From Chloroflexota bacterium (GTDB taxonomy: Bacteria > Chloroflexota > Limnocylindria > P2-11E), in the NCBI GenBank assembly GCA_009692785.1, contig SHYN01000001.1:1-46537 (forward strand): a stretch of DNA of 46,537 bases. Direction: 5' to 3'. Below are positions 18,664-27,493 of this stretch, piece by piece. Under the pieces are notes generated by a model. That model did not search any database, was not told the DNA's origin, and was given only the letters and a program-made list of their open reading frames with translations. Made by a program: the position numbers and the translations under genes. Position 1 is the first letter of the stretch, and each line of letters opens with the position of its first letter.

Positions 18664-19098
18664 TCCACGCTCACGAGGGGAAGACTGTCCGACGCTGAGA
18701 CGGCTCCTGAATATGTCTACCTGAGCGGAGAGGAGACCCTGGCACTCTTCGCTGAAATTCTCGGGGTTCCGCTTGATGCGGCGCGTCGGGAGCTACGCGA
18801 TGAGGGTCTTCTCGAATCTGCGCTTGCACGGCCGATCCACGCCGCGCACTACGCCAACGCCGATCTCGCCGAGCAAGCGGCCACGCTTCTTTGGGGTATT
18901 GCCGAGAATCAGCCGTTCGTCGATGGCAACAAGCGCCTTGGGCTCGTCGTGACGCTTACCTTCTTGGAGGTGAACGGCTACGTCGTGGACTTGTCCGAGG
19001 ACGAACGAGTGAGACTGATGTTCGATGTGGCGGACGGACTTGACGTCCGGCAAGTTGCCGATCGTCTGCGACCCCTGATGCGACCGTTCGCGGAGTAG
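18660..19098 (+). pseudogene. doc: Doc (death-on-curing, Fic-fold) toxin gene lacking a usable start codon and carrying Gln in place of the catalytic His
   Basis: The frame from 18664 to TAG 19096-19098 reads '..APEYVYLSGEETLALFAEILG..LLESALARP..LLWGIAENQPFVDGNKRLGLVVTLTFLEVNGY..'. The first in-frame ATG/GTG/TTG is GTG 18949, after the Fic motif. GTG 18660 (GTGA overlap with the antitoxin stop) opens a different frame that stops after 12 codons (18696-18698). Confidence 0.7.
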
Positions 19099-19286
19099 GT
19101 CGCTTTGCTCGCGCGCGGTTTGTTCTGTGCGGCGCGTCAGGTTGTCGCGATTGCTGAATGATTCGCGTGGTAGATGTTCCTAGATCGCTTCTTCTGCAGG
19201 CATTTCCTGCTCTGGACGAGGACACGCGTTCTGGTCCGTCCAACGACTCGTCGGCCCGGCGGCACACAACGATTAGAGTTGCCTTT

Positions 19287-20063
19287 ATGAGCGAGGTGCT
19301 TCCCGGCCCGATGCCCGGCGAACCGCCACCGGCCGATGAAGAGAGCCGGACCCATCGCACGGAAACGGAGCTCGAGCTCCCGGTCGGGGTCAAACCCCCG
19401 ATGGCCACCTTTCATGCGGTGCGAGCGGACGAGAAGGTCCGGAGCTGGATCCGCTCCGCGAACCAGCAGACCGGGGCGATCGGGTATACCGAGCACGGTG
19501 AGCGCCATGCGCTCACGACAGCCGACGGGGCGAGTTTCATCCTGAAGGCGCTGGGCCATGACGCGCGGCGCTGCGAGATCGCCGCGGTCGCGGCATATCT
19601 TCACGACATCGGCAACGTCGTCACACGTGAGAAGCACGGTCAGACCGGCGCGCTCCTCTCCAAGGGCATCCTCGAGGACCTTGGCTTCACCTTCGACGAG
19701 ATCGCCACGGTCATGGGCGCGATCGCCAACCACGAGGAGAGCGAGGGTGGCCAGCCGGTGAGCGCGGTCTCGGCGGCCGTGATCATCGCCGACAAGAGCG
19801 ATGTCCACCGGAGCCGCGTCCGCAATCCCAAGACGACATCCTTCGACATCCACGACCGTGTGAACTACGCGGCGACCTCGGCGGAGATCAAAGTGAGCCG
19901 CCGGGAGAAGCGGATCACGCTCCAGCTGACCGTGGACACGGCGGTCTCTCCCCTGATGGAGTATTTCGAGATCTTCCTGACCCGGATGTCGCTTTCACGG
20001 AAGGCTGCCGAGTTCCTCCACTGCAGCTTCGCGCTCATCATCAACGACATTCGACTCCTTTAG
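19287..20063 (+). CDS. HD-domain phosphohydrolase (uncharacterised family conserved in Firmicutes-like genomes)
   Basis: 'GYTEHGERHA', 'AAYLHDIGN', 'IANHEE', 'IIADKSDVHRSRVRN', 'DIHDRVNYA' and 'EYFEIFLTRM'. Family-length reasoning favours ATG 19401 (MATFHAV...). ATG 19287 and ATG 19158 are longer alternatives. Confidence 0.8.
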   Translation: MSEVLPGPMPGEPPPADEESRTHRTETELELPVGVKPPMATFHAVRADEKVRSWIRSANQQTGAIGYTEHGERHALTTADGASFILKALGHDARRCEIAAVAAYLHDIGNVVTREKHGQTGALLSKGILEDLGFTFDEIATVMGAIANHEESEGGQPVSAVSAAVIIADKSDVHRSRVRNPKTTSFDIHDRVNYAATSAEIKVSRREKRITLQLTVDTAVSPLMEYFEIFLTRMSLSRKAAEFLHCSFALIINDIRLL

Positions 20064-20072
20064 GAGCGGGTC

Positions 20073-20519
20073 GTGACCATCAAACGCGCGCAGGCGGTCG
20101 CCACCCGCGTCGCGATCGCCGCCGGCGGCGTCGTACTCCGTCAGGGACCCGGCGGGCCCGAGGTGGTCCTCGCGGGGAGGGTCGCGGACGGCTCCTGGGT
20201 CTTTCCAAAAGGCACGCCGGATCCCGGGGAGACCATCGAGGAGACCGCCCTCCGCGAGGTGCGCGAGGAGAGCGGGCTCGACGTGCGGATCGCGCGGCCC
20301 CTCGGCACGATGGCCTACTGGTTCCTCGCATCTGGGCAGCGGGTCCACAAGCGGGTGCATTTCTTTCTGATGGATGCCGTCGGCGGCGACCTCGCGCGGC
20401 ACGACGAGGAGTATGACGACGTGCGCTGGGTGTCGGTCGTCGATGCCCGTCGGATGCTCTCGTTCGCTTCGTACCGGGAGATTCTGGACCGCGCGCTTGG
20501 CCGGGTCGACGCCTCGTGA
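20073..20519 (+). CDS. Nudix hydrolase
   Basis: Nudix box 'GTPDPGETIEETALREVREESGL'. GTG start; the stop overlaps the gcvT start. Confidence 0.88.
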   Translation: MTIKRAQAVATRVAIAAGGVVLRQGPGGPEVVLAGRVADGSWVFPKGTPDPGETIEETALREVREESGLDVRIARPLGTMAYWFLASGQRVHKRVHFFLMDAVGGDLARHDEEYDDVRWVSVVDARRMLSFASYREILDRALGRVDAS

Positions 20520-21628
20520 GCACGGACGCGCTGCTTCGCACCGCGCTCAACGCCGAGCATCGGGCCCTGGGCGCCAGGCTCGTTCCCTTCGCCGGCTGGG
20601 AGATGCCGATCCAGTACCCCTCAGGCATCGTTGCCGAGCACCGCGCGACACGCGCCGCCGTGGGCGTCTTCGACCTCTCCCACATGGGTGAGCTGCGCTT
20701 CACCGGCCCTGGCGCGGTCGAGGCGCTCGACCGCGTGGTGTCGAGCGACATCGCCGGCCTCGGGGTCGGTCTAGCTCGCTACGGCCTTCTCGTGAACGAG
20801 GGCGGCACGATCGTGGACGATGTGATCGTCTACCGGCTCGCCGCCGCCGACTTCCTCATGGTCGTCAACGCCTCGAACGTCGCGAAGGATCGCGCGCACC
20901 TCGCGGCACGGCTGCCGTCGACACTCGCGTGGGCCGACGAGTCGAACGCGACGGCGCTCATCGCCGTCCAGGGGCCCCGGGCGCTGGAGACGGTCGCCGC
21001 GCTCGTGGACGCGCCCGCCGAACTCACCGCGCTCCCGACGTTCGGCGTGATACGGGTCACCGTGGCCGGTGCGCCCGTCATCGCCGCGCGCACCGGTTAC
21101 ACCGGAGAGGACGGGTTCGAACTTTTCACCGCCACGAGCCAGGCGGTGGGGCTCTGGCGCGCGCTCCTCGCGGGCGACGGCTCCAGCTCAGGGGCGCCGG
21201 TCCCGGTCGGATTGGGCGCGCGCGACACGCTGCGCCTCGAGTCCCGATTCGCGCTGTACGGCAACGACATCGATGAGACGACGACCCCGCTCGAGGCGGG
21301 GCTCGGCTGGACCTGCCGGCTGGATAAGGAGTTCTGCGGCCGCGAGGCGATCCTTCGCGAGAAGGCCGCGGGCGGTCCGCGCCGGCGGCTTGTCGGCCTC
21401 GTCGTGGAGGGTGGCATCGCGCGCCACGGCCACGCGGTCGTCGCTGACGGCCAGGAGGTCGGCCGGGTGACCAGCGGAACGTTCGGCCCGACCGTCGGCC
21501 TCGCGATCGCCCTCGCCTACGTTCCGGTGGCTCAGGCCGCGCTCGGCACGACCCTCGCGGTCCGCATCCGCGACCGCGACGTTCCCGTTAGGGTTGTTCT
21601 CACCCCCTGGTATCGGAGGACCATATGA
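20516..21628 (+). CDS. gcvT: Glycine cleavage system aminomethyltransferase (T protein)
   Basis: 'FAGWEMPIQY', 'VGVFDLSHMGE', 'GYTGEDGFE' and 'GLGARDTLRLE'. Confidence 0.93.
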   Translation: MSTDALLRTALNAEHRALGARLVPFAGWEMPIQYPSGIVAEHRATRAAVGVFDLSHMGELRFTGPGAVEALDRVVSSDIAGLGVGLARYGLLVNEGGTIVDDVIVYRLAAADFLMVVNASNVAKDRAHLAARLPSTLAWADESNATALIAVQGPRALETVAALVDAPAELTALPTFGVIRVTVAGAPVIAARTGYTGEDGFELFTATSQAVGLWRALLAGDGSSSGAPVPVGLGARDTLRLESRFALYGNDIDETTTPLEAGLGWTCRLDKEFCGREAILREKAAGGPRRRLVGLVVEGGIARHGHAVVADGQEVGRVTSGTFGPTVGLAIALAYVPVAQAALGTTLAVRIRDRDVPVRVVLTPWYRRTI

Positions 21629-21702
21629 AACGAGTGATGAGCGGCTCCGCCGCGAAGAACGAGTCCACCAGCCTTGAGCGCGGCACCGGGCTTGACCAAT
21701 GA
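21625..21702 (+). CDS. Candidate 25-aa micro-ORF bridging gcvT and gcvH (MKRVMSGSAAKNESTSLERGTGLDQ)
   Basis: 'ggagga' at 21615-21620 precedes ATG 21625, which overlaps the gcvT TGA (ATGA). Its own TGA (21700-21702) overlaps the gcvH ATG 21699 (ATGA). Confidence 0.3.
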   Translation: MKRVMSGSAAKNESTSLERGTGLDQ

Positions 21703-22103
21703 GCATGGTGCGCGAAGGCCTGCTGTATTCGAAGGAGCACGAGTGGGTCCGGCTGGAGGGCGACGTCGCCTTTGTCGGCATCACGCACTTCGCGCAGGAG
21801 CAGCTCGGCGACGTCGTCTACGCCGAGCTTCCCGAAAAGGGGGCCGCCGTGCGGCAGCACTCGAGCATGGGCGTCGTGGAGAGCGTCAAGGCCGCCTCGG
21901 ATCTCTACGCGCCGGTCTCGGGAGAGATCCTCGAGCGCAACATCAAGGTCATCGAGAAGCCTGAGCTTGTGAACCTTGACCCCTACGGCGATGGCTGGAT
22001 GGTGCGCGTCCGCCCCACCGACCGCGGCGAGCTGGGTGTTCTGCTCAGCGCCGCGGCGTACCGCGAGCACATCGGTGAGAGCCCGGGGACCGGCGGCGAC
22101 TAG
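21699..22103 (+). CDS. gcvH: Glycine cleavage system H protein (lipoyl carrier)
   Basis: 'YSKEHEWVRLEGD', 'GITHFAQEQLGDVVY' and lipoyl-lysine motif 'VESVKAASDLYAPVSGE'. Confidence 0.93.
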   Translation: MSMVREGLLYSKEHEWVRLEGDVAFVGITHFAQEQLGDVVYAELPEKGAAVRQHSSMGVVESVKAASDLYAPVSGEILERNIKVIEKPELVNLDPYGDGWMVRVRPTDRGELGVLLSAAAYREHIGESPGTGGD

Positions 22104-22106
22104 CGC

Positions 22107-23432
22107 GTGTCTCTTCGCCGTAACCCCTACTCGCCCCACACCGCTGCGGACCGGGAGGCCATGCTCGCGGCGGTCGGTGTGCGCACCGTCGACGAGCTCC
22201 TTGAGGTCATCCCGCCGCACGCCCGCCGACCCTCGCTCGATGCACCGGCCGGCCTTTCAGAGCTGGAGGTCGCGGCCGAGGTCGTGGCGCTCGCCTCTCA
22301 GGACCGCCCCGCCGGCAACGGTCCGTTCTTTCTCGGTGCGGGATCGTACCGGCGGTACATTCCGGCCGCGGTCCCGGCGCTCGCGGCGCGGAGCGAGTTC
22401 CTCACGGCGTACACGCCGTATCAGCCCGAGGTCAGCCAGGGCACGCTTCAGGCGATCTGGGAATATCAGTCGCTCATCGCCGAGCTCCTCGCGATGGAGG
22501 TCGCCAACTCATCCCTCTACGACGGATCGACGGCGGTCGCCGAGGCGGCGATGCTGGCCGCGCGCGTGACCGGTCGGTCGCGGGTGGTGGTGTCCGCGAG
22601 CGTCCACCCGGAGCACCGCGCGGTCCTCGCGACCTACGCGAAGGGGCCGGATCTCGACGTCGTCGAGGTGGCCGACGAGGCGGCGCTGCTCCTCGCGGCG
22701 CCCGGCGCGGCCTGCCTCATCACGCAGAACCCCGCATTCCGAGGGGACATCGTCGATCTCCGCGCACTCGCGGAGGCGGCCCACGCGGCCGGAGCCCTCG
22801 CCATCGCATCGGTCGACCCCATCGCGTGCGCGGTCCTCGAACCCCCCGGCGCCTGCGGGGTCGACGTGGCGATCGGCGACGGTCAGGGCCTCGGGATCCC
22901 GCTCTCCTTCGGCGGCCCTTCGGTCGGGATCATGGCGGTGCGCGCGGATCTGGTGCGGCAACTGCCGGGCCGGATCGTCGGTGCGACGCGCGACGCGCGG
23001 GGCGTCCGCGGGTTTGTCAACACGCTCCAGACGCGCGAGCAGCACATCCGCCGCGAAAAGGCGACGAGCAATATCTGCACGAACGAAGCTGTCTACGCGA
23101 TCCACGCCGCGGTGTACCTCTCGCTCCTGGGGCCGCGCGGCCTCGCCGCCGTGGCCGCCCGTTCGGCGCTCACCGCGCACCGCGCCGCGGCTCGGCTCGC
23201 GAGCATCCCGGGGTGCGCGGTGACCAACGCGGGCCCGTTCCTCTGGGAGTTCACGCTCCGGCTGCCCCGGGCCGCGGCCGCCGTGCGCGACGCGGTGCTT
23301 GCCTTTGGGATCGTCGCCGGTCACCCGCTGACCGGCGACGATCCCAACGAGCTGCTCGTCGCCTGCACGGAGCTCACGACCGATGCGGATATCGACGCTC
23401 TCGCCGACGCGCTCACGAGGGTCCTCGCGTGA
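22107..23432 (+). CDS. gcvPA: Glycine dehydrogenase (aminomethyl-transferring) subunit 1
   Basis: 'FLGAGSYRRYIPAAV', 'TAYTPYQPEVSQGTLQAIWEYQS' and 'QTREQHIRREKATSNICTN'. Confidence 0.92.
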   Translation: MSLRRNPYSPHTAADREAMLAAVGVRTVDELLEVIPPHARRPSLDAPAGLSELEVAAEVVALASQDRPAGNGPFFLGAGSYRRYIPAAVPALAARSEFLTAYTPYQPEVSQGTLQAIWEYQSLIAELLAMEVANSSLYDGSTAVAEAAMLAARVTGRSRVVVSASVHPEHRAVLATYAKGPDLDVVEVADEAALLLAAPGAACLITQNPAFRGDIVDLRALAEAAHAAGALAIASVDPIACAVLEPPGACGVDVAIGDGQGLGIPLSFGGPSVGIMAVRADLVRQLPGRIVGATRDARGVRGFVNTLQTREQHIRREKATSNICTNEAVYAIHAAVYLSLLGPRGLAAVAARSALTAHRAAARLASIPGCAVTNAGPFLWEFTLRLPRAAAAVRDAVLAFGIVAGHPLTGDDPNELLVACTELTTDADIDALADALTRVLA

Positions 23433-24919
23433 GGCGGTCGCCCGAATCCGGGGCGCGCACCGCCGAGCCGGCGCTCGAGCCGCTTCTCGTGGAGCTCGCC
23501 CGGGCGGGACGGGGCGGGGGACACGTGCCCGACGCGGATGCGAGCGCGGTCATCCCCGCGCGCTTCCGGCGGACGGTCCCCCTCGCGCTCCCCGAGCTCG
23601 TCGAGCAGCAGGTCGTGCGGCACTTCACCCATCTCGCGCAGCTGAATTATTCCGTCGACACCGGCTTCTACCCCCTCGGCTCGTGCACGATGAAGTACAA
23701 CCCCAAGGTCAACGATCGCGCCGCGGCCCTCGCCGGCTTCGCCGACCTCCACCCGCTCCAGCCGGAAGCGGACACGCAGGGAGCGCTGCGCCTCATCTGG
23801 GAGCTCGAGCGGCTGCTCGCCGGGATCACCGGGATGGCGGAGATCTCGCTTCAGCCCGCCGCCGGCGCCCACGCCGAGTTCACCTCGCTTCTCATGTTCA
23901 AGGCCTTCCACGCCGGCCGGGGCGAGGGCGCCCGCCGCCGCCGGATCATCGTGCCCAATTCCGCGCACGGCACCAACTCCTCCTCTGCGGCCCTCTGCGG
24001 CTACGTGGTCACGACGGTGCCCAGCGACCCGCGCGGCAACGTGGACCTGGCCGCGCTCCGGGCGGCGCTCGGTGACGACGTTGCGGGAATGATGCTCACG
24101 AACCCCAACACCCTCGGTCTTTTCGAGGAGCATCTCGAGGCGGTGATGGCCGCGGTGCACGGCTGCGGTGGGCTGATGTACGGCGACGGGGCCAACATGA
24201 ACGCCCTGCTGGGCATTGCGCGTCCGGGCGACCTTGGGTTCGATGTCCTTCATCTCAATCTCCACAAGACCTTCTCCACGCCGCACGGCGCCGGCGGACC
24301 CGGCGCGGGCCCGGTCTGTGCCACTCCCGCCCTCGCGCCATACCTGCCCGTACCGCGTGTGATCCGTTCGGAGGAAGGCCGGTTCCGCCTCGATAGCCAG
24401 CGGCCCCAGAGCGTCGGGCGTGTCCGCGCCGGTCACGGGAACTTCGGCGTGCTCGTTCGCGCCTACACCTACATCCGGCAGCTCGGCGAGGAAGGGCTTC
24501 GCGCGACCGGCGAGGACGCGGTCCTCGCCGCGAACTACCTGCTTTCGCGCCTCCGACCCACGTTCGACGTGGCCTTCGACCGACCATGCATGCACGAGCT
24601 CGTCCTCACGCTGGCCGCCCAGAAGAGCGCCGGCGCGTCGGCGCTCGACGTGGCCAAGGCGCTCATCGACGAGGGCTTCCATCCGCCGACCGTCTACTTC
24701 CCGCTGAGCGTGCCTGAGGCGATGATGATCGAGCCGACCGAGACCGAGCCCAAGGAGACGCTGGATGCGTTCGCCGACGCGCTCCTTCGGATCGCCGCCC
24801 TCGTTCGCACCGATCCGGCCGCCGTGCGGGCCGCGCCGCTGTCCGCGCCACTCGCGCGGCTTGACGAGGTCCGCGCGGCGCGGAACCCGGCTCTCACCTG
24901 GGAGCGGGCGTCATCGTGA
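23429..24919 (+). CDS. gcvPB: Glycine dehydrogenase (aminomethyl-transferring) subunit 2
   Basis: '[40 protein letters not shown]' and the PLP-lysine context '[19 protein letters not shown]'-like ('[21 protein letters not shown]'). GTG 23429 lies in a GTGA overlap. The upstream 200 aa of the track ORF overlap gcvPA out of frame. Confidence 0.92.
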   Translation: MRRSPESGARTAEPALEPLLVELARAGRGGGHVPDADASAVIPARFRRTVPLALPELVEQQVVRHFTHLAQLNYSVDTGFYPLGSCTMKYNPKVNDRAAALAGFADLHPLQPEADTQGALRLIWELERLLAGITGMAEISLQPAAGAHAEFTSLLMFKAFHAGRGEGARRRRIIVPNSAHGTNSSSAALCGYVVTTVPSDPRGNVDLAALRAALGDDVAGMMLTNPNTLGLFEEHLEAVMAAVHGCGGLMYGDGANMNALLGIARPGDLGFDVLHLNLHKTFSTPHGAGGPGAGPVCATPALAPYLPVPRVIRSEEGRFRLDSQRPQSVGRVRAGHGNFGVLVRAYTYIRQLGEEGLRATGEDAVLAANYLLSRLRPTFDVAFDRPCMHELVLTLAAQKSAGASALDVAKALIDEGFHPPTVYFPLSVPEAMMIEPTETEPKETLDAFADALLRIAALVRTDPAAVRAAPLSAPLARLDEVRAARNPALTWERASS

Positions 24920-25728
24920 CCGCCCGCCTGCCGATGGTCGCTCCCCCCTGCGCCCTGGTCAGCCACGGCATCGTCCGGTTTCACGCGGCGGCCGATGCGG
25001 CGAGCGAGCAGGTCGACGAGGCCCGTGCCGGGGAGCGGGTCACCCTGCTGGCCGAGGCGGGAGAGTGGTCGTTCGTACAGGGGCCGGCCTTCTACCTCGG
25101 CTGGCTCCGGCGCGAGCACCTCGTCGAGGTGGACGAGCGACAGGCGCAGCGGGTTGTCGCGGTGCCGTTCGCCGACGTCCACGAGCGCCCGGATCACGCC
25201 TCGGCGGTCCGCGATCGATTCCCGGCCGGCGCGGCGGTCCACGTGGCGGAGCAGCACGGACCCTGGCTTCAGGTCAGGTTCGGGGGACCCGCGGCCGCCG
25301 TCGCGAAGGGCTGGATCGCCGCGGGCAGCACGGTGCACGTCTCGGAGCTCCCGCGACGCGCCCCGCTCGCGGACGACCTTGTCGGGACCGCGGAAGCCTA
25401 CCTCGGCGTGCCGTACCTCTGGGGCGGCACGACCCACGAAGGAATCGATTGCTCCGGTCTCAGTCAGGCGGTGTTCCGGTTGAACGGACTGGGCCTTCCC
25501 CGTGACGCGGATCAGCAGGCGGTCACGGGGCGCGCGGTCGGCCTCGGGGAGGTCCGGCGCGGCGATCTCCTGTTCTTTGGCGGCACGGAGCGCATCACCC
25601 ACGTCGCGATCGCAACGGGAGAGCGGACGTTCCTGCACGCCCCGAAGGCCGGCGGGGTGGTGGAGCGCGGCGTCCTCGGCGGCGACCGCGTGCCTCGCAT
25701 CGTTCGGCGCCACCTGCCGGACGCATGA
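24916..25728 (+). CDS. NlpC/P60 (C40) cysteine peptidase with N-terminal SH3b-like repeats, no signal peptide (YkfC-like)
   Basis: '[26 protein letters not shown]' (catalytic Cys) and '[17 protein letters not shown]' (His). The N-terminal region has two SH3b-like segments. No hydrophobic leader is visible. Confidence 0.82.
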   Translation: MTARLPMVAPPCALVSHGIVRFHAAADAASEQVDEARAGERVTLLAEAGEWSFVQGPAFYLGWLRREHLVEVDERQAQRVVAVPFADVHERPDHASAVRDRFPAGAAVHVAEQHGPWLQVRFGGPAAAVAKGWIAAGSTVHVSELPRRAPLADDLVGTAEAYLGVPYLWGGTTHEGIDCSGLSQAVFRLNGLGLPRDADQQAVTGRAVGLGEVRRGDLLFFGGTERITHVAIATGERTFLHAPKAGGVVERGVLGGDRVPRIVRRHLPDA

Positions 25729-27341
25729 GGCGGGGCGCGACCGCACGGATCCGCCGCGCGCTGCTCGGAGTCGCCATCGTCGGACTGCTCGGTGGTCCGC
25801 TCGCGGCGTGCACCGCTCCGCCTCCCGCGCGGCGCGATGTTGTCATCGGGCTTTCCGGCGAGCCGACCTCGATCTTCGGTGGCGAGCCCGCCGCGCTTGT
25901 TCTCGCGGCCGCTGTGACGGAGGAGCTCGTGCGCCGGAATGAACGAGACGAGTACGTGCCACGCCTTGCCGTCGAGGTTCCCACGCTCGAGAACGGTGCA
26001 CTGCGGTTCGTGCTGGATGACCCGACGGCGCCCACCGGACGGCTGGTCGCGACGTTCCGCCTGCGCGCCGATCTCCGTTGGCACGACGGCGCGCCGCTCA
26101 CCACGGACGACGTCGCGTTCGCCTGGCAGCGCGAGCGCACCCTGCCCTCCGGGCTTCCGGCCCGGTTCCTCGCCGACCGCGTCGACAGGGTCGAGGTGCT
26201 CACCGACCGCGTGGTGCGGTTCCATTACCGGGCCGGCGAGCGCTGGGATGGCTATCCCCTCGCCGCGCGCGTTCTCCCCAAACATCGTCTGGCGAGCGCG
26301 ACCGCGGCGCAGTGGGCGTTGTACGAGCGCGAGCCGGTGCATGCCGGACCCTTCGCCGTCGCCGCCTGGCTTCCGGGGTACGGCGTCACGCTCTCGGCCT
26401 TCCCCGGCTACGCGCTCGGCGCGCCTGGCCTCGGGCGCCTCGAGGTGCGGTTCTATTCGGACCGGGGCGCTGTGGTGGACGCGCTGCGCCGCGGCGAGGT
26501 CGATGTCGTGCCGAGCCCCGTGTTCGAGGCCGACCTCGTTCGGACGCTCGACGGGATCGCCGATGGGTCGGATCGCTCTCGCCTGCAGGCCTTGTACACC
26601 GCTGGCGAGGCGGTCGAGATGCTGCACTTCGCCACGCGCGGCCTGCGCTTCGGCGACGTGCTGGTCCGGCGCGCGGTCGAGCTCGCGGTGGACCGCCAGG
26701 CGATCGTCGATCTGCTCCTCGCCGGCCGCGCGCGCGTTCCACGCGACTACCTCGTGCCGCCGCTCTGGGCGGCGACCGTGAGCGGTCAGGTGGCCCGACC
26801 CGATCGAGACGCGGCTCGGGCGCTCCTCGCCCGCGCCGGATTCAGCCGGGGAGCCTTCGGCATCCTCGAGCGGGGCGGTCAGCGGATGGTGCTCCTGCTG
26901 CTGGTCGAGGCGGGCTCGCCCGTTCGGATCGATGCCGCGCGCCTGGTCGCCGGCGATCTCGCGGCCGTCGGGATCGCCGTCGAGGTGCGCGAACGCCCGC
27001 TCTCAGAGCTTCTGGCGACGCTTCGCCGTGGTGACTGGGACCTGGCACTCCTCGTGCGGCCCGCGGAGGATCCGGTTGCGGCGAGCCTGCCCTGGCTGGG
27101 GCTTACCGACCCGTGGTTCGACCTCGTGGTCGGCGCCGCGGGGGCCGCGCCGGACCGCACCGAGCAGCGCCTGGCCTGGGCCGAGGCCCAGCGGCTCTGG
27201 GCGGCGGATCTGCCCGGACTGCCCCTGTACCAGCGGCTCGCCGTGGACGTCGCCCCGAGGGGTCTCGAAGGCGTCCGGCCGGCACCCGGCGGGGCCGCGC
27301 TCACCTGGAATGTCGCTGAATGGCGGTTCGCCGCGCCCTGA
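25725..27341 (+). CDS. ABC transporter substrate-binding lipoprotein, family 5 (peptide/nickel type)
   Basis: Leader '[20 protein letters not shown]' (lipobox LAAC). Length and motifs ('[16 protein letters not shown]') are typical of SBP family 5. ATGA overlap with the peptidase gene. Confidence 0.8.
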   Translation: MRRGATARIRRALLGVAIVGLLGGPLAACTAPPPARRDVVIGLSGEPTSIFGGEPAALVLAAAVTEELVRRNERDEYVPRLAVEVPTLENGALRFVLDDPTAPTGRLVATFRLRADLRWHDGAPLTTDDVAFAWQRERTLPSGLPARFLADRVDRVEVLTDRVVRFHYRAGERWDGYPLAARVLPKHRLASATAAQWALYEREPVHAGPFAVAAWLPGYGVTLSAFPGYALGAPGLGRLEVRFYSDRGAVVDALRRGEVDVVPSPVFEADLVRTLDGIADGSDRSRLQALYTAGEAVEMLHFATRGLRFGDVLVRRAVELAVDRQAIVDLLLAGRARVPRDYLVPPLWAATVSGQVARPDRDAARALLARAGFSRGAFGILERGGQRMVLLLLVEAGSPVRIDAARLVAGDLAAVGIAVEVRERPLSELLATLRRGDWDLALLVRPAEDPVAASLPWLGLTDPWFDLVVGAAGAAPDRTEQRLAWAEAQRLWAADLPGLPLYQRLAVDVAPRGLEGVRPAPGGAALTWNVAEWRFAAP

Positions 27342-27369
27342 GGCCGTGCGGATGGCGTATTTGCTAGGA

Positions 27370-27398
27370 TTGACGCCCGATTGACCGCGGCCCAGAAT
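27370..27398 (+). promoter_or_regulatory. Candidate sigma-70-type promoter for the opp/dpp-like operon
   Basis: TTGACG (27370-27375), 17 nt, CAGAAT (27393-27398), lying in the 152-nt gap before the binding-protein gene. 'ggaggag' SD at 27482-27488. Confidence 0.4.
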
Positions 27399-27493
27399 GA
27401 CGCGATTGCATTCCGGTCGCGGTTCGGCTCGGGCGGGGGGCCGTGCGGGCCAGGTCCGGGTGAACGCAGCGAAATCAACGTGGAGGAGCCAAC

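Noticed and set aside
17617-18670. 11-nt inverted match 'cgtgatccacg' (about 17619-17629 reverse orientation and 18659-18669), considered as possible terminal inverted repeats of the islet.
   Set aside because: An 11-mer match somewhere within 46 kb on both strands is expected by chance many times over. No extended similarity flanks it and no transposase is present.
19099-19400. Possible glycine riboswitch or other leader RNA upstream of the HD-Nudix-gcv operon.
   Set aside because: I could not find the conserved glycine aptamer core sequences by eye, and part of the interval may be coding (ATG 19158/19287 alternatives). An Infernal scan is needed, so it is not reported as a feature.
22826-23428. 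N-terminal extensions of track ORFs that overlap the preceding gene in another frame (22826, 5008, 10364, 11233, 30085, 35684, 36265, 39255-40070 and 39770-41143 on the minus strand).
   Set aside because: The extended parts are Arg/Pro-rich nonsense. The family-typical N-termini coincide with downstream GTG/ATG starts, usually in GTGA/ATGA overlaps or after an SD.
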